A stretch of DNA of 64,000 bases, taken from assembly GCF_009914755.1 (NCBI RefSeq), contig NC_060933.1; one strand, written 5' to 3'. Made by a program: the position numbers and the translations under genes. The DNA is from the human T2T-CHM13v2.0 reference genome, Homo sapiens. Below, one piece after another: positions 26,912-44,177 of this stretch (position 1 is its first letter; the number at the start of each line of letters is the position of its first letter). The notes under the pieces are model-generated. The model was not told the origin of the DNA and ran no database searches. It was given only the letters and a program-made list of their open reading frames with translations.

Positions 26912-27929
26912 ATGTTTTGAAAAGGTATGACCATATAAAGCACAAACGTAAATTATTAGTTCTGTATTTCTAGCTCTCCTTATCCCCAAAACTACCTTAA
27001 CATAGTCCTAATTAACAGTGCAATGGGTTTGTTACAATTCTATAAAATTGATTTTTCACAATTAATAGCCTAACACAGAGATATTTCAACACAGTAGACT
27101 TTATAACACCCCAAAGAGCATATTTATTCATATTTTAAGCTTCATGTTATATTGCATTTTAAAATACATTTCAAAGGTAGAATTAATGAGAAAAAAAACT
27201 ATTAAATGTTTCATGTTTTTTAAAGTACATTGCCACAATATTTTCACAAGAGGTACCAATTTTTCCTGCCACCAACACTCTGCATCAGTTTTGCCACATA
27301 CTTGATAGTATATTATCACCTTTGATTTTTAATGTTGCAAATTAATAGATAATAAAATGATACGTATATGAAGTTCTAATAATTTACTTTTCTGTATTAA
27401 TAAGTGAAGTGTTCATAGTTTTACATGATTTTTGTGGACTTAACAATTACTTTCTGAGTTTCCTATTGATGTTCTTTTCTCATTTTCAAACTGCTCATAT
27501 TCTCTCCTTGAAGATTAACTTCAAGGATATTTGCATTATTAGCAATTCTTGTGAGTAATGGTCCATTTTTCATTCTTTGATTACGGAGTGGATATTAAAG
27601 GGAAAAATCCATTTGTTCCACACATTATGAAGATAGCTTATTCATCCATATTTAGCATTCAAAAATTATTTAACAGATAGAGTTTGTGAGTTGATTAACA
27701 ATAAACATAATAAACTAAAAATTACCATTGTCAAAAAGAGTACCTAAAAAATAAACAACTTTGCTTACTTTATATATTTGCTTTATTTTGTTTATTTCTT
27801 TATTTTTTAAACCAAAGCCACTGAAACAGAAACAGCCCTCAGGTTATGCATGGATAACTATCATTTTTATATTTTGCCTCGTTAACTCATTGTGATTAAT
27901 AATTGGAAAGAAAGGGAATTATTCATATT

Positions 27930-28860
<931 letters not shown>

Positions 28861-28869
28861 GATGTCTCT

Positions 28870-28953
28870 GGCTGCAGTGAGCTGAGATCACAGCACTGTA
28901 CCCCAGCCTGGGTGACAAAGAGGACCCTGTCCCAAAGGGAAAAAAAAAAAAAA
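28870..28953 (+). mobile_element. Severely 5'-truncated Alu (3' ~65 nt plus tail)
   Basis: ggctgcagtgagctgagatcacagcactgtaccccagcctgggtgac; TSD aagatgtctct / aagaatgcctct. Confidence 0.9.
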
Positions 28954-30453
28954 GAATGCCTCTGAATTAAGTAGTGACATACTGAGGCCTCTCACCTCTT
29001 AAAACATATTTCAGAAGTGCTGAAGTCACTAGTAGATCTATAAATACAGTGACCATGTAATTTATTCTCCAAACTGAGATACTTTGGAGCATAAAAAGGA
29101 TATTATTAATAATTACAACAGATTGACAGGAATACACTAAAACTTTTCTGGGTAGGTTAAAATACATGGTTATTTTATCTCTAATGACTTCATCTATCAT
29201 TTAAGATCCAGCAGGAAATGTATCCACTTTCTGTTCATGAATAAAATATCTGTAGAGTTAAGGCACTGAAGACACAACAGAGGGGAGAGTCAAGTGAATA
29301 GCCTTTGGGTAGGTTAATTTACATGATGCTTTGGGGAAGACTCCTAAACACAGCAAAGAATCTGAAAGCAGTAGCATTGGAAGGAGTGTTTCAGCTGCTC
29401 TGATCAGATGGTTGTAGGGCCTGCACATTCTGATCCTGTGTGAGACTCCATCTCATTCTTGTTGGAACTATCTGGGGCAGAGGGAATAATACTTATTTCT
29501 TACCTGAGCAGATGTTGCATATTCAAATAAATGGATATAAGTAATTTTCATTTGCAGCCCAAGGAAATGAGGAAAAGATGTTTCCCCAGGATTTAAACTT
29601 TTAAGAAACAAACTAAATTTGATACCTCTTGTGAGCCTGGCTTCCTAAGTTCAGTTACCTATCTCTATCATTTGAATAACACATGGCCCTGTCAGGAAGG
29701 AAAAGAGAGTATTTATTAGTACCTAATCTGTCCTCTCTGGACACCTAGTTCCTAACAGCAGGGTGTCATTTGAACTTACTATCTGTGATTAAGATAGCAA
29801 CAATTGAAAGGATTATCTTACTTTATAGAAGCAACACAATGTTTAGTTGAGAATAACAAATCCACATTATTTAATGGTTTAATTGTACACAACAAATAAC
29901 GTTGTACACAATAAATAAAATATATGTAATTTGCTAAAAATATTATCTTGAAAAAAATGTATATCTTTATTCACAAAGTTTATCAAATAGTTACCTTAAA
30001 CAGCTAGATAGTTACATTTAGGTACACAAGAACAGATATATGCACATACACAGACATACATACATATAGAAATATACACAACAAATAAGTGTTTGTAGGC
30101 AACATCCATTAATGTAATCTCTTTAGTCCTACTTTTCTTAAGGAATGGCAAAAGATAACAAAAAATATTGTTAAGAGGAACGCCTACGGCTAATTTTCTC
30201 TGTATTCCTTGATCAACTTCTGTATTCCAATAAGCAGAAGAGAATGATACAAATAGTATACTCTCTTATTATCTTTTTTTATTTTTGTTTCCTTTATTTA
30301 TGTCTCTTATCTTCCCAACCAGAAGTAATTTCAAAACATATGAATCATTCAACTTTGAAGATATTGTTACTGGGAAGTGCAAGAATCCTCAGTTATTTGT
30401 CTTACTTGGAGAAAGCATTCTCCCAAGGGACTGATATAGCTAAAAAGAGAATA

Positions 30454-31085
30454 TGCTAAAAGAATAGCGAGCAGAGACAGTACATTAAAGGGACAGTACA
30501 CTCTGCAAAGATGAAGCAGAGCGGGCTGCTGAATGGAGTGATCCAACAGCTTGCGGGTCCTGCATTGGGTTTTTATTACGTCGGACGTTAAAAAATTCCC
30601 GCCTCTGTCTTAGACTTCCACCTTTTTCCTTTGTTTAGTTTACCCACTCCTGTCTTAAGTCTCTGCCTTGTTCCCACCTAGCTCCCCCACCAGGCTTGTG
30701 GGACTTGCCCTTACGACTGCTGTGCATGTGCAGGCTGGTGCTGGATTCAAATCCTTCCTTTGGCAGCATTGCTCATTACTGCCACTCCAGGAAGATGGTA
30801 TAGTGGTTAAATTCCACTTATTAGGCCTGCCTATATCTTAGGCATTTCTTCTTTGCCCTCCTTATCAGCAAGTAGCTACATTCTGACAGGTTAATTCCAG
30901 AGTGAGTAATTACTGGGCATCTTAATAGGCATTCCTTCCTGCATAGGCATTTCCCTCCCCTCCCCTCTGTTCATATTGAGCACGCCTGTTTCCTGCTGGT
31001 TGATGGGGTGTGAGATTCCCCAGACCTCCCATTTCTCAGGGGCTCCCCTCTCCTGCTCATGCCTGCCTCTCTGCCTACTCTAACA
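30454..31085 (-). mobile_element. MER50-like ERV1 solo LTR
   Basis: Reverse complement starts tgttagagtaggcagagaggcaggcatgagcagg; TG..CA ends; 4-bp TSD aata. Confidence 0.78.
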
Positions 31086-31389
31086 AATAGCATGATACCA
31101 ACATGTAATATGCTGAATGGACGATCAATTCAGTTTTACAGAAATAAGTTGAATTGAAATAATAACAGCAGATTGCTTCGCCCCATGTTCTTAAAGATCG
31201 TAACGTTCTTTTTTTTTTTTCAATTGGGAAAGCATTGTTGCTCACATCCTTACAAAAATCCCTTCAACATAACATTTTTTTGTCTATCAGATTTCTTGTA
31301 AAAATGGAGTCATTTAATATAGGTGATCCGTTTTCTATAAATTTCTTCTTTCATCACTCTGTAAATTCATCATTAATTTCCTTTTCTTT

Positions 31390-31860
31390 TGAGCAAACAC
31401 TTATTGAATAACCAGCTATGCGCTAGGTTAAGCAATGGAAATAAAAAGACTGACACTAAGAGGTCACAGAGGAGCAGGGGAGAAAGACCTTTTAACAATG
31501 TGTAGTATAGGTAATGGAAAACGAGTACCCTTGCACAAAATACAAAAGGTAATTACCATTATTGAGTGCCTGCTATTTGCTAGATATTACACAAATCTCA
31601 TTACAGTCAAGGAGGTGAGTACAAAGCCTTTTGGGAGTAAAAAGAAGAAAATGATTAATTCATCTGATGGAGTTAGGAAAAGCTTCAGAGAGTAACTTTT
31701 ATTGGAGAAGAGTCTTGAAGAAAGGCTTGAAATTCAGCAAACAGACAATGAATAGAGGAACAACATGAAGAAAGCGTACCATGTGAAGACTCTGATATCC
31801 TGTGTGAGAGTTTATAAAACAACGTCTTTGATTTCGGAAATAGCATTAAGAACGTAGGTG
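31390..31860 (-). mobile_element. Degraded L2/MIR remnants
   Basis: caaacacttattgaataaccagctatgcgctagg; ttattgagtgcctgctatttgctag; gttaggaaaagcttcagagag. Confidence 0.5.
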
Positions 31861-32943
31861 AGAAGAGGGTCTGTATAAATTATTATTATATTGAATTATA
31901 AAACAGTATTTATGTGTTTGGATACTAGTAACGATGAGAATTCTCTCTTTATAGTATGATGTATTATAGAGATGCCTTCTTCTCCCAATTCATAAATACA
32001 TTAATAGGATGTTCTACCCTATTATCTAAAACTAAAGTAATTTAAAATTAAAGACAAACACTGTTCTAATAAAAGTCTACCAAAGAATCTTGTGCAAATT
32101 ATTGTATTCATGACTTATTTAAATATATACACATGTGTATATGTGTGCATTAATATACATATATGTGTTTATATGTATATATTTAAAAGAGTAAAAAAAG
32201 TCAATAAATACAGGAACATTAGCTAAGAAATCTCCATATTATATAGATAGAGGAATAAATAGACTTTTTTTAAAAGAGTCAATACTCTCTATGCTACTTT
32301 TGATGTAAAAATTATTATTAAGTATAATTGAATTTTACAGGTGGAAATAAGACGGGTGAAATAGGGGAATTCGTTCCATTTCAAATAAGGGTTTTCTTCA
32401 CAATTGGGGATGTTAATTTAAAATTTTCCTTTAAACTTAAGAAATTTAACTACAAACATCTTGAGATATTGGTGTTTTTATGTGTTTTACTTTTCCTTTA
32501 TTTGATCATTCATTTTTAGACAGTATTGATTGATACGTTGTTACTTCAGAAGCATAAATTAGCACTAACACCTAATCCTATCATACCTTCTATGCTTTTT
32601 CAGTTTTATTACATTCTTAGGTGTTGTTTGTATTAAAACATAAATAAATTAAGCAACCACATTCTGTCTGACTCAGTTCAGCCTGCTTTGACAAAATACC
32701 ATAGACTGAGTGGCTTAAATGACACACATTTGTTTCTTACAGTACCAGAGGCCAAAAATCTGACGTCAGGATGTAGGCATGTTTGAGTTCTCGATAAATA
32801 ACCTTGTTTTGGTTTACAGATGGTTGTCTTCTCATTATATCTTTAAATACCAGAGAGGAGAGAGGCATCGAGCTAGTTTTCACCTGTCTCATCTTATAAG
32901 GGCACTAATTCAATTAAAGAGGGCTTCACCCTCATCATCTAAT

Positions 32944-33889
32944 TGACACAGGATTTTCTCAGCCACTTTGTTAACCAGGGATCTCCACAGCCAGCAGTAT
33001 GCCCCTACCACCTAGGCCTCGCTTAGCCCTGGGTCTGCCACTGGAGACGCCGTACCCACTTGGTTCACCTGTGTTAAAGCTTGTTCCCATGTTCAGCAGT
33101 CCTGAGCTCTTGTCCTGGATCCAAAAAGAATGAGGATACATGGTCGGGTGCAGTAGCTCACACCTGTAATCCCAACACTTTGGGAGGCCAAGGCAGGCAT
33201 ATCACAAGGTCAGGAGTTCAAGACCAGCCTGACCAACACGGTGAAACCCCGTCTCTACTAAAAATACAAAAATTAGCCAGGCATGGTGGCTTGCACCTGT
33301 AATCCCAGCTACTCAGGAGGATGAGGCAGGAGAATCGCTTGAACCTGGGAGGCGGAGGTTGCAGTGAGTAGCACTCCAGCCTTGGCAACAGAGCGAGACT
33401 CCGTCTCAAAAGAAAAAAAAAAAAAAAAAAAAACAGAATGAGGATAGAGTGACGATTTGAAGGGCTAGTATGGGCGGTATTAAGCTGTGGAACAGCTCTC
33501 AGCAGAAAGGGGGCGTGGGATCCCGCACCCCCACAGTCAGGTGGTTTCTCTCCCAGTGTGGCTAGGTCCAGGGCTTTGTACGGACCCAGAATGAGGAGTG
33601 CATGCTGATTGGTTTGTTAGAATGCAAAAAAAGGTTAAAGCAAAGACACTACTCAAAGTTGGGCACAGCATGTAGAAAGCCAATTAAGAAAGGGTAGGCA
33701 TATGTAATACAGGTGAAGGATGGGGATCAATCAGAGAAAAGTATGCCAAAGGGGAAGACATATTCTCAGTCTGGTCCATGGGTTTACCTGGAACTTGTAG
33801 CCAGGCTTTACACCATCTTCACCTTGAAGGTCAGGTTTCACTGGGGCCCTACCCTTATCTGCCCAGCCATTTGTCTCCTGCTGCTATCA
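32944..33889 (-). mobile_element. LTR27/LTR1-group ERV1 solo LTR
   Basis: tgacacaggattttctcagccactttg ... gaaggtcaggtttcactggggccctacccttatctgcccagccatttgtctcctgctgctatca; 4-bp TSD taat. Confidence 0.8.
33142..33433 (+). mobile_element. AluS (Sg-like) with a small right-arm deletion
   Basis: Dimer, long poly(A); TSD agaatgaggata. Confidence 0.97.
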
Positions 33890-34109
33890 TAATGACCTCC
33901 CAAAGGTCCCACCTCCTAATACCATCACGTTGAAATTAGAATTTTGACATTAATTTGGGGGTGAATGGAAACATTCAGTCCATAATGCCTTCTATAATAT
34001 AATTATAATTATTCTTTAATGGTGATTCTATAGTTAAAAGGTTTTAATGTTGACCACCAGCAAACTTTTGATGTTGCTTCTCCATTGCAAATAAATTTAA
34101 ATGTTTTAA

Positions 34110-34688
34110 TATTTATTTTTATATAAGTATTATGTACATACAACAAAATGCAAAAATTTTAAGTACACAGTTAATGAATATTTATGAAGTCAATACATCA
34201 GTGTAATTACCACCTAGATCAAAAAATACAGCACCAGAGCTGTCTTTGTTTCTCTTCTAGTCAATATCATATTTCCAAAGAAACGAATGTTCCAGTTTCT
34301 ATTACCAAAAACTCACTTCTCCTATACTTCTATTTTATGCTAATGGATTCATACAATATCAGGCTTATCTTCATTCCGTATTATGTCTGTAAGATAGATC
34401 AGTTTTACAGTGCAAAGCAGTACATATAATTATATTTTCTGACAATTCCAGAGCTTATGTATACATTCTGTTGTTTATGGACTATTTTAACTCTAAGACA
34501 CTTGTGAATGATGTTCCTACAGTCAACATTTTACACATATGTACGCATTTATTTTGTGTCTATGTCTGAGAATGGAATTGCTGGATCACAGATTTCACAA
34601 GTGTTAACCATTAACAAGTGTGTTTGTTTGTTTTAAAAGGTGAGCCATTACCTATCTAAATTCCTAATAATACCATGTCAGAGTTCCA
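34110..34688 (-). mobile_element. Old L1MC/ME 3' region (resumes ~36871)
   Basis: aaaatgcaaaaattttaagtacacagttaatgaa...gagaatggaattgctggatcacag...agagttcca. Confidence 0.7.
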
Positions 34689-36870
34689 GGGGTGATGTCA
34701 GCAAGGTGATGGAATAGGAAGCCCTAGACCTCATTTTCCCATGGCAACACTGATTAAATGATACATGGAGCAACTTCCTTTGTGAGAAATCTTGAAACCT
34801 GTTGAGAGGTTCCTGTACCACTAGGCTTATGCAAAACTAGCTGTACCATGGCTCTCATGGTAAACTCATGGAAAACTCATGGCTCTCATTTGCCAGAGTC
34901 CCTCCCCCTACCACAGTATGATGTCATCGATATCACACTTCCCACCTCCAAACTTCTCCATAGAGAGGGAAGGAGAAGACTAGAATATGTCTATGTTTAG
35001 GATTTTGTGGGACTCTCAAAGCACTGTTTTCTGTCTTGACTGAATCTAAGCATTGACAAAAAATTGTACCATATTTGGGATCACTGAGAACAAAAGCAAT
35101 GGTTTAAGTTACTAAATATTTACTAACCATTGCTTCTCTCCCTGATTCAGAATGAAGTGAGTTGGAGAAAAATCCCCAACTCCTGGCTTTACCCTAGGGA
35201 GAGAAATAGTTGGAGCGTGCGTCAAAATGTATAGCTTTTGGGGAGGCTGCCTAAGGGACTTGTTTCTGTGTTGCCTGACTTGGGCCATGTATAGGGCCTG
35301 GCATACTCTAGTTGCCTGGAGGCTGCTGAGAACAAAAAGAGATCTGGGTGTCTTGATGCTACTCCAGAGGACCCAAAATACAATAGAAAGAGGCTGATAA
35401 CACTTGGCAGTTTTACCCTCAAGAAGAAAAGGGAAGCATAGAATGTGTATTCAGTATTTTAGCTTTCTGAAGGGCTGACTGAAGAATGGATTTCTGTCTT
35501 GCCTGTCTCAGAGCACTATTCAGCACAGTACTGAAATCCTACCCAGAGCAATTAGGCAAGAAAAGGGAATGAAAGGCATTCAAATGGAAAGGGAAAGGAA
35601 GAAGTAGAATTATCTCTGTTTTCAGATAATATGATCTTATATATAAAAATCTTTATCAATTACAACACACACATTAGACTAATAAACTCAGCACAGTTTC
35701 AGCTTAAAATCATCAACATCCAAAAGCTAGATGAATTTCTATATACTAATAATCATCCATCTATAAGGGAAATTAGAAAACAATTCCATTTACTATGTCA
35801 TCAAAAAAAAAAGGATATACTTAGGAATGCACTTAACTAATTAAGTAAAAGATTTACACTGAAAACTAGAAAACTGCTGAAAGAAAATTTAAGACCTAAA
35901 AAAATGACAATAAATCTCAAATTAATGGATTGGATTACCTAATACTGTTAAAATGTCTATACTACTCAAAGCAATCTACAGATTCAGTGCAATCCCTGTC
36001 AAAATCCCAATAGATTTTGGCAATTCAAATAGAAAAGTTTTTCAGCATTCAAATAGAAAATACTTTTTGTACAGAAAATATAATTCTAAACAGAAAAAAA
36101 ACAATTTTAAAATTCCTGTGAAACCATTAAAAAACCCAAAGAGCCAAAACAAGAGGAACAAAACTGGAGGCATCACACTTTCTGACTTCAAAACATATTA
36201 CAAAGCGATCAAAATCAAAGCAGTATGGTTCTGGCCTAAATACAGACATATAGAACATTGCAACAGAATAGAGAGCTCACAGATAAACCCATGCATATAT
36301 ATTCAACTGATCTTTGACAAGGGTTCTGAGAATACACATTAGGGAAAGGAGAGTCTGTTTTACAAATGATGCTGGGAAAACCACATGCATACAAATGTAC
36401 CTGGACCCTAATCTTAGATAATATACAAAATCAACTCAAAATGGCTTGAAGATTTAAATTTAAAATCTAAAACTATAAAAATTCTGGAAGAAAATGTAAG
36501 GGGAAAACATCATAACCTTGTTCTTGGCAATGATTTCCTGGATATGAAATCAAAAGCACAGGCCACAAAAGCTAAAATAGACAAATGGGAACATGTCAAA
36601 CTGAAAAGTTCCTGCACAGAGAAGTAAGCAATCCACAGAGTATAAATGCAACCTACAGAATGGGAGAAAATATTTGCAAATCATATATCTCAGATATCTG
36701 CTAAGGAGCTACCCAAAATGTGCAGAAAACTCCTACAATTCAGTGGCAAAAAAAAACAAAAACGGATTTTTTAAATGAGCTAAGGACTTGAATAGACATT
36801 TCTCTAATGAACGCATACAAATGACCAACAGGTATATGAAGAAATGTTCAATATCACCAATGATGAGGGA
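34689..36870 (+). mobile_element. Old L1M element: 5'UTR fused directly to the 3' half of ORF2; lacks a 3' end
   Basis: ggggtgatgtcagcaaggtgatggaataggaag (L1M 5' start); ORF2-like ORF 35953-36342 (KAIYRFSAIPVKIP..GGITLSDFKTYYKA..QLIFDKG). Confidence 0.88.
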
Positions 36871-37329
36871 TTCATCATTGTCAATACTTAGTATTTATTT
36901 TTTTAAATTACTTTTGTTGGTGTGTACTGTTATTACTATTTTACTTTAACTTTTTGGACCATCTTGTTTATCTCATGGCTTACTGAATTTTAGCTTAGTA
37001 TGGTTTTATAGCTCTATATTTTTCTGTTTTACCTCCACCCCAGACATTGTCTTTTTTTTGTATTTCCATGCATTATAATTCATAATTATTATTATATGTA
37101 AGACATACAATTTGAATAATAAAAATGATAACAAAATAATTTTCTAACAACCCAGCTTAAAAAACCCAGGTTAACCAATAACTTTCCATTCACAATTTCC
37201 CCTAATTCCATTCTCCTTTTGTCTTTTACATAGGTAGGTATTTTGGTAAATTTTGTGCTTATTCTTTTGTCTGTATGATTTTATTACAATCTGCAAGAAA
37301 CTTTCAATATTGTATTGTTTAGTTGTTTA

Positions 37330-37710
37330 AGATCAGATTTACTTAAATCTATATTTTGATATATTTAGCAACTGAATATTTTTCAAGCATCCAGTGCCAA
37401 AAAACAAGGCATGGAACATTTCAGTTGACATAACATGTTCTTTCACTCTTTTGAAGTTAACCATCTCTTCTTTCCTTCAGAATCTGGCAACTATTGATCT
37501 GATTTATGTCCCTATAGTTTTGCCTTCTACAGAATGTAGTTTATGTACAATACAGTACACAGTCTTTTGTGTCTGGTTTCTTTTACTGAGTATAATGCTT
37601 CTGACATGCTTCCATCTTGTTACATGTATTAGTAGTTTGTTCATTTTTGCTGCTGAACAGTAATGCTTGCGCATGTGAGTTGCAATTTGTTTAGTATTGT
37701 TTAGCAACTG
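37330..37710 (-). mobile_element. L1MC/MB 3' fragment
   Basis: ctggcaactattgatctgatttatgtccctatagttttgccttctacagaatgt...cttttgtgtctggtttcttttactgag. Confidence 0.75.
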
Positions 37711-37895
37711 CCAAGCTCTCCAATTTATATTTTAAGCCATTACTATCTATGGTTGAATTTAAGTACATAGACCCACGATTCCTACCGATACCCCAAAAGT
37801 TATTTCTCGCATCATTTTCATTATATATCCATGAGTTCGGAATAATTTGATTACTTCCTAGATACATTATCTCATTGGAGGTTTCACAATGGTTA

Positions 37896-38295
37896 TTAAA
37901 TTAGTCATCTATTGCTGCTTAACAAGTTATCCCGAAACCAAGTGGCTTAATACAATAACCGTTCGTAATTGTTCATGAGCCTTTGGTCAGCTGTATGGTT
38001 CTACAGAGATAGGCAAAACTGATCACAGCTGAGCTTGCTCAGGTATTTGAGCTCAGCTGCCAGACTGGCTAGAGCTGGCTGCTCTAGGAAGAGATCTTTC
38101 TTCAAACTGTAGGGCTTTGTTCATATGTTGGTGTTAGAGTACACAAACCCAGAACAGAAAAGTACGCAAACCCACATGAGTTCTAGATTGAATTCAGAGT
38201 GGAAAATTAAACTCCACTTGTTGATGTGAAAGTCTGTAAAGTATAATCACAAAGGAACATGTTGGATAATTGTGATTATTTTTACAGCCAACCAT
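37896..38295 (-). mobile_element. MLT1 (H grade) MaLR LTR
   Basis: ttagtcatctattgctgcttaacaagttatcccgaaaccaagtggcttaatacaataa...actccacttgttgatgtgaaag. Confidence 0.7.
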
Positions 38296-39124
38296 GGTTA
38301 TTATTCTTATTCTGTCATTTCATCTGAATTTATAAATTGGAATTTTATATTCTTTCCCTTTTCAATTTATTGTGACCTTGGAATATATATCATACTGAAA
38401 AGGCAGAATGAATGTCTAGTTTTGTGTTTGTGTGTGTGTCCAGAGGGTGGGTCTGTGTGGGTGTGTGTATGTGTTTTGTGTGGGGGGTTGTATTTTTTAA
38501 GTCAATTTCATAAACAAAGGGTTGGTGCCACAGCAATTTCCAATGCTGACAATGCTTTTGGAGTCTTCTCCCAGATTTGCAGTTATGTCCGATCCACTTC
38601 CAATGATTTGACTCAGTAGGATCTTCCCTTTTTAGGGTATATTTTATTGGTGATTTCTGAATTTCAGCATTCTTTCGTTTTCTGTACATTCCTCAGAGCC
38701 TGTTTAGATATTTTACGTGTTAATCTACAAGTGTTTGATACAGTTCATCAGGATGGATGTCAGGCTTGTCCTTTTTATGTGCTACAATAATTCACTCAGT
38801 CAAGAAAGACATCCTTAGGTCATTTCTGATAGTAATTTAAATATTCTATTCAGACAACTGCATGTGAACTGTAGCATTGATTATATACATAAAATGTATG
38901 CTTTATCCCTAGATGTTGCAGACTTTAAAGATTTAGTTTTTCATTTGCTATCCTATAGGTGTCACAAATCAAACTGCTAAAATGGAAAGAAATTGTGAGA
39001 CAATAACATAGAATTACAATGTCAGATTTTTCACTAGCCACCTACCTCAGGCTTCAGTCCCTGTGGGATATGCACAGAGTGCAAACTTTGCAAATAAGGA
39101 ATAAGAATATATATATATATTTGC

Positions 39125-39438
39125 AAGTGGAATGTAACATGAGGCAAATATGTAATTTTAATTTTCTAGAAATGTAGAGAAAATTTAATTTTTCTAAAAA
39201 TGTAAGTAGAAACAGGTGAAACCCATTTTAATAACTTAATTTGCTTGACCCAAAATATATAGGATCAATAATTAATCACTACAGAAAATTATTTTTGAGA
39301 TATTTTAGTCTTCTTTTTCATGTTCAGTATTTGAAATCGAATGTGTGTTTTAAACTAACAGCACTCCTCACCCTCGAGCCACATATTAGTGCTCCAATGG
39401 CCACATGTAGCCAGTAGTAATTATATCACATAACACAA
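39125..39438. mobile_element. MER33-like hAT-Charlie element
   Basis: atatgtaattttaattttctag...agaaacaggtgaa...gtgctccaatggccacatgtagccagtag. Confidence 0.7.
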
Positions 39439-41226
39439 TGGAATCTAGAATAAGCATGCATTTTGTATTTCTACAATACCAGTCCATCTTGGGAGTGGCG
39501 TTTTAACAGATTCACTTTAAAAATAACAAGAACAACATGAAAAACCTATCATGAAATCAAAACAAATGAACATTACACTTTGTTTTCCAATAGAGCTATT
39601 GGTCTTTTTATAGAACCTGATTGTATTATATGACAACTGTGGTAACCGTGTACATAACATAGGTCCACACATTTTACTTATCTCTGAAGATTATACTCAA
39701 TACTATAATTTCCAGGTTTTCCTGATCATCAAGTACACTTGCATCACTTCATAAAACCGAATTCATTATTCCAAATAATACAGCATAGAAATAGATGAAC
39801 ATTACTTTCCATTCAAAGGATAGGATTTAGTTACAGACTTGGAAATATTTTAAAGCATACTTTTCTATAAAATAGTTTCATAGTATGGATCATTGAACAC
39901 AACAATGAAGGAAAGGTATCACTGTATCACTGTAAACATTTTAGATGCAATATGAAGTTTGAAATATTTGTTCATCTTGTCTGCTCAGTAAAATATAAGT
40001 TTCATTATGAAAGTCAAGGGCCTGTCTGCTAAACACTATAAATTCTTTAGCCCTCAATAGAATGCCATAAACCTGTTGATACAGTTGAGAGAAAAATGGG
40101 AATTTGAAAATATAGTTATACTTTACACAGAAGAAATAACACTGTACTGTTGCAGATTGGCTAATCATATTCTCTAATTAAATTAATAAAATAGAAATAA
40201 CATATGCAGTCCTCTAACATGGGACCCTTCACTTGACTAAATGCCTCTGTATATCATAAAGGATGAGAAACAAAGTAGAAAAAATTTCTTGATAATCATG
40301 TGTAAAAACTATTCTAGGCACATTAAGTGTATCTTTACTAATTGTCACTACAATATATAAAGAAATTATCCTTATCCAATTTATAGGTAGGGAAACATGC
40401 TTTAACTAACTCTTCCAAGGTCACTAAGCAAAAATACAGTGGATTTTCAGGAAGGATAAGTCTGATTCTGGTGCCCGAGCATTTCTATTACCACTTAATA
40501 TATTTTCTTTTATAATTAACTGACCTTACATTTCAAATAAATATTGGAAAAAAAAAGATTTGTAAAAAGTAGGCACAGTTGGTGCTTCGGAATTGAGAGT
40601 CACCAATTTGCAGGCTAATAAATCTAAGAACCCAACTGTTAGTCTCATTGGCAGTAATGGAGCAGCCACTTTAGGTTCTGCATTTTTGGTTAATTAGAAC
40701 ACTTCTCAGGTGGTAAAATTGATAGCCTTCAGCATGGTATGCTTTAAGACCACCTGAGCCATGCTGTTATCATTCAGAAATGCACTGCCTGCCAAATACT
40801 ACTGATTAATCTACATAATTAGCTTAGCACTATAATTATTGAATTGTCTTTCAGGTAGGATATAAAAGAAAAAACTAAAATACATACTTCTAAAATGTTT
40901 TGTTTTAGAGTTTCCTTTATCTTGTCAACACTTTAGGAATAACAGAATTTACCGAGTGCCTCTACATTGAGTTAATAATACAAATATAACATTAACAACA
41001 ACAAAAATAAAGTATCAATTACTGATGTTCCAGTCATGCCAATTAGATCTTTACATCAGTTATCTTGGTTTATTCCTTGAGCCTACTTGATGTTGTGGTA
41101 ACCATTCTCATTCCAGTTTTCCAGATGAGCAGACTGAATTTAACAGTGTAATAGAACTGCCCTAAATCATACAAACTTTAAACGTTTGGCTGAGATTCCA
41201 AACCATAGTCTCACTCTTGCAGTCTT

Positions 41227-42753
<1,527 letters not shown>

Positions 42754-42896
42754 TAATTGTACTTTTAAAGTTGTTAACAGCTTTAAAGTTAGGAATTTCT
42801 CTACGTAACTACCAACATATTCATTAATAATTTAAGAAAAACAAAGTAAAAAGTATCATCTGCTATTGTGTATATTAATATGAATTATATATATGG

Positions 42897-43194
<298 letters not shown>

Positions 43195-43742
43195 AATATG
43201 AATAAATATTAATTTTGCAAAAAGATGCAGGGTTTTAGGTCATACTGATAACACACTTTAAGTCATTTGTAGTGACATCTTAACATTAAATGAGGGTGCT
43301 GAACGTTTTATTTCAAATATCATCTTCTGTGATGTTCCCCAATGTAGACAATCATTTTTGTCCACCTGAGAAAGACAACTAAATTGAAAGCTTCTTATTT
43401 GAAGTAACTCATTAAACATCTAAAATATATTTTATTGAATTTATGAAATCCTTTTGAATTCAGTTGCTACTTTTACTTACTAATTTTTGGGGTTTAACTA
43501 GAACTGTAAGACTATTGGAGTTTCTATGGCCTGAGAAGAGTAGATAAGCTTCAACACTTTGTATTTAGAGGTTGTATGACTTTTAAAAAAATAATTTTAA
43601 ATAAATGTTTCAATCAGTTATTTATAAAACATCAGTTATTTGAAAGTGTGCTTTTCAAAGCGTACTCTGTCTCAAAAACTATATTAAACAGAAGGAATAG
43701 AAATGTGAAGAAGGCAGGAATCATGGAATAAGTAGTTTACAA

Positions 43743-44040
<298 letters not shown>

Positions 44041-44177
44041 TTACAATCAGCAAGAGGTTTACAGACTTGACAATGTGTGATTTCTTCTAAACAAATTCAT
44101 TAAAAATTTTGGCCCTTTTTTCACAAAATTATTCCCTAAGATCATTCTAAAGACATTTTAACTTCAAGAGCAAGGCA

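Larger units (their letters stand above)
32665..33987 (-). mobile_element. MLT1A0-like MaLR LTR, split by an ERV1 LTR (halves 32665-32943 and 33890-33987)
   Basis: aaaataccatagactgagtggcttaa...cttataagggcactaat...ccctcatcatctaat | taatgacctcccaaaggtcccacctcctaataccatcac. Confidence 0.88.
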
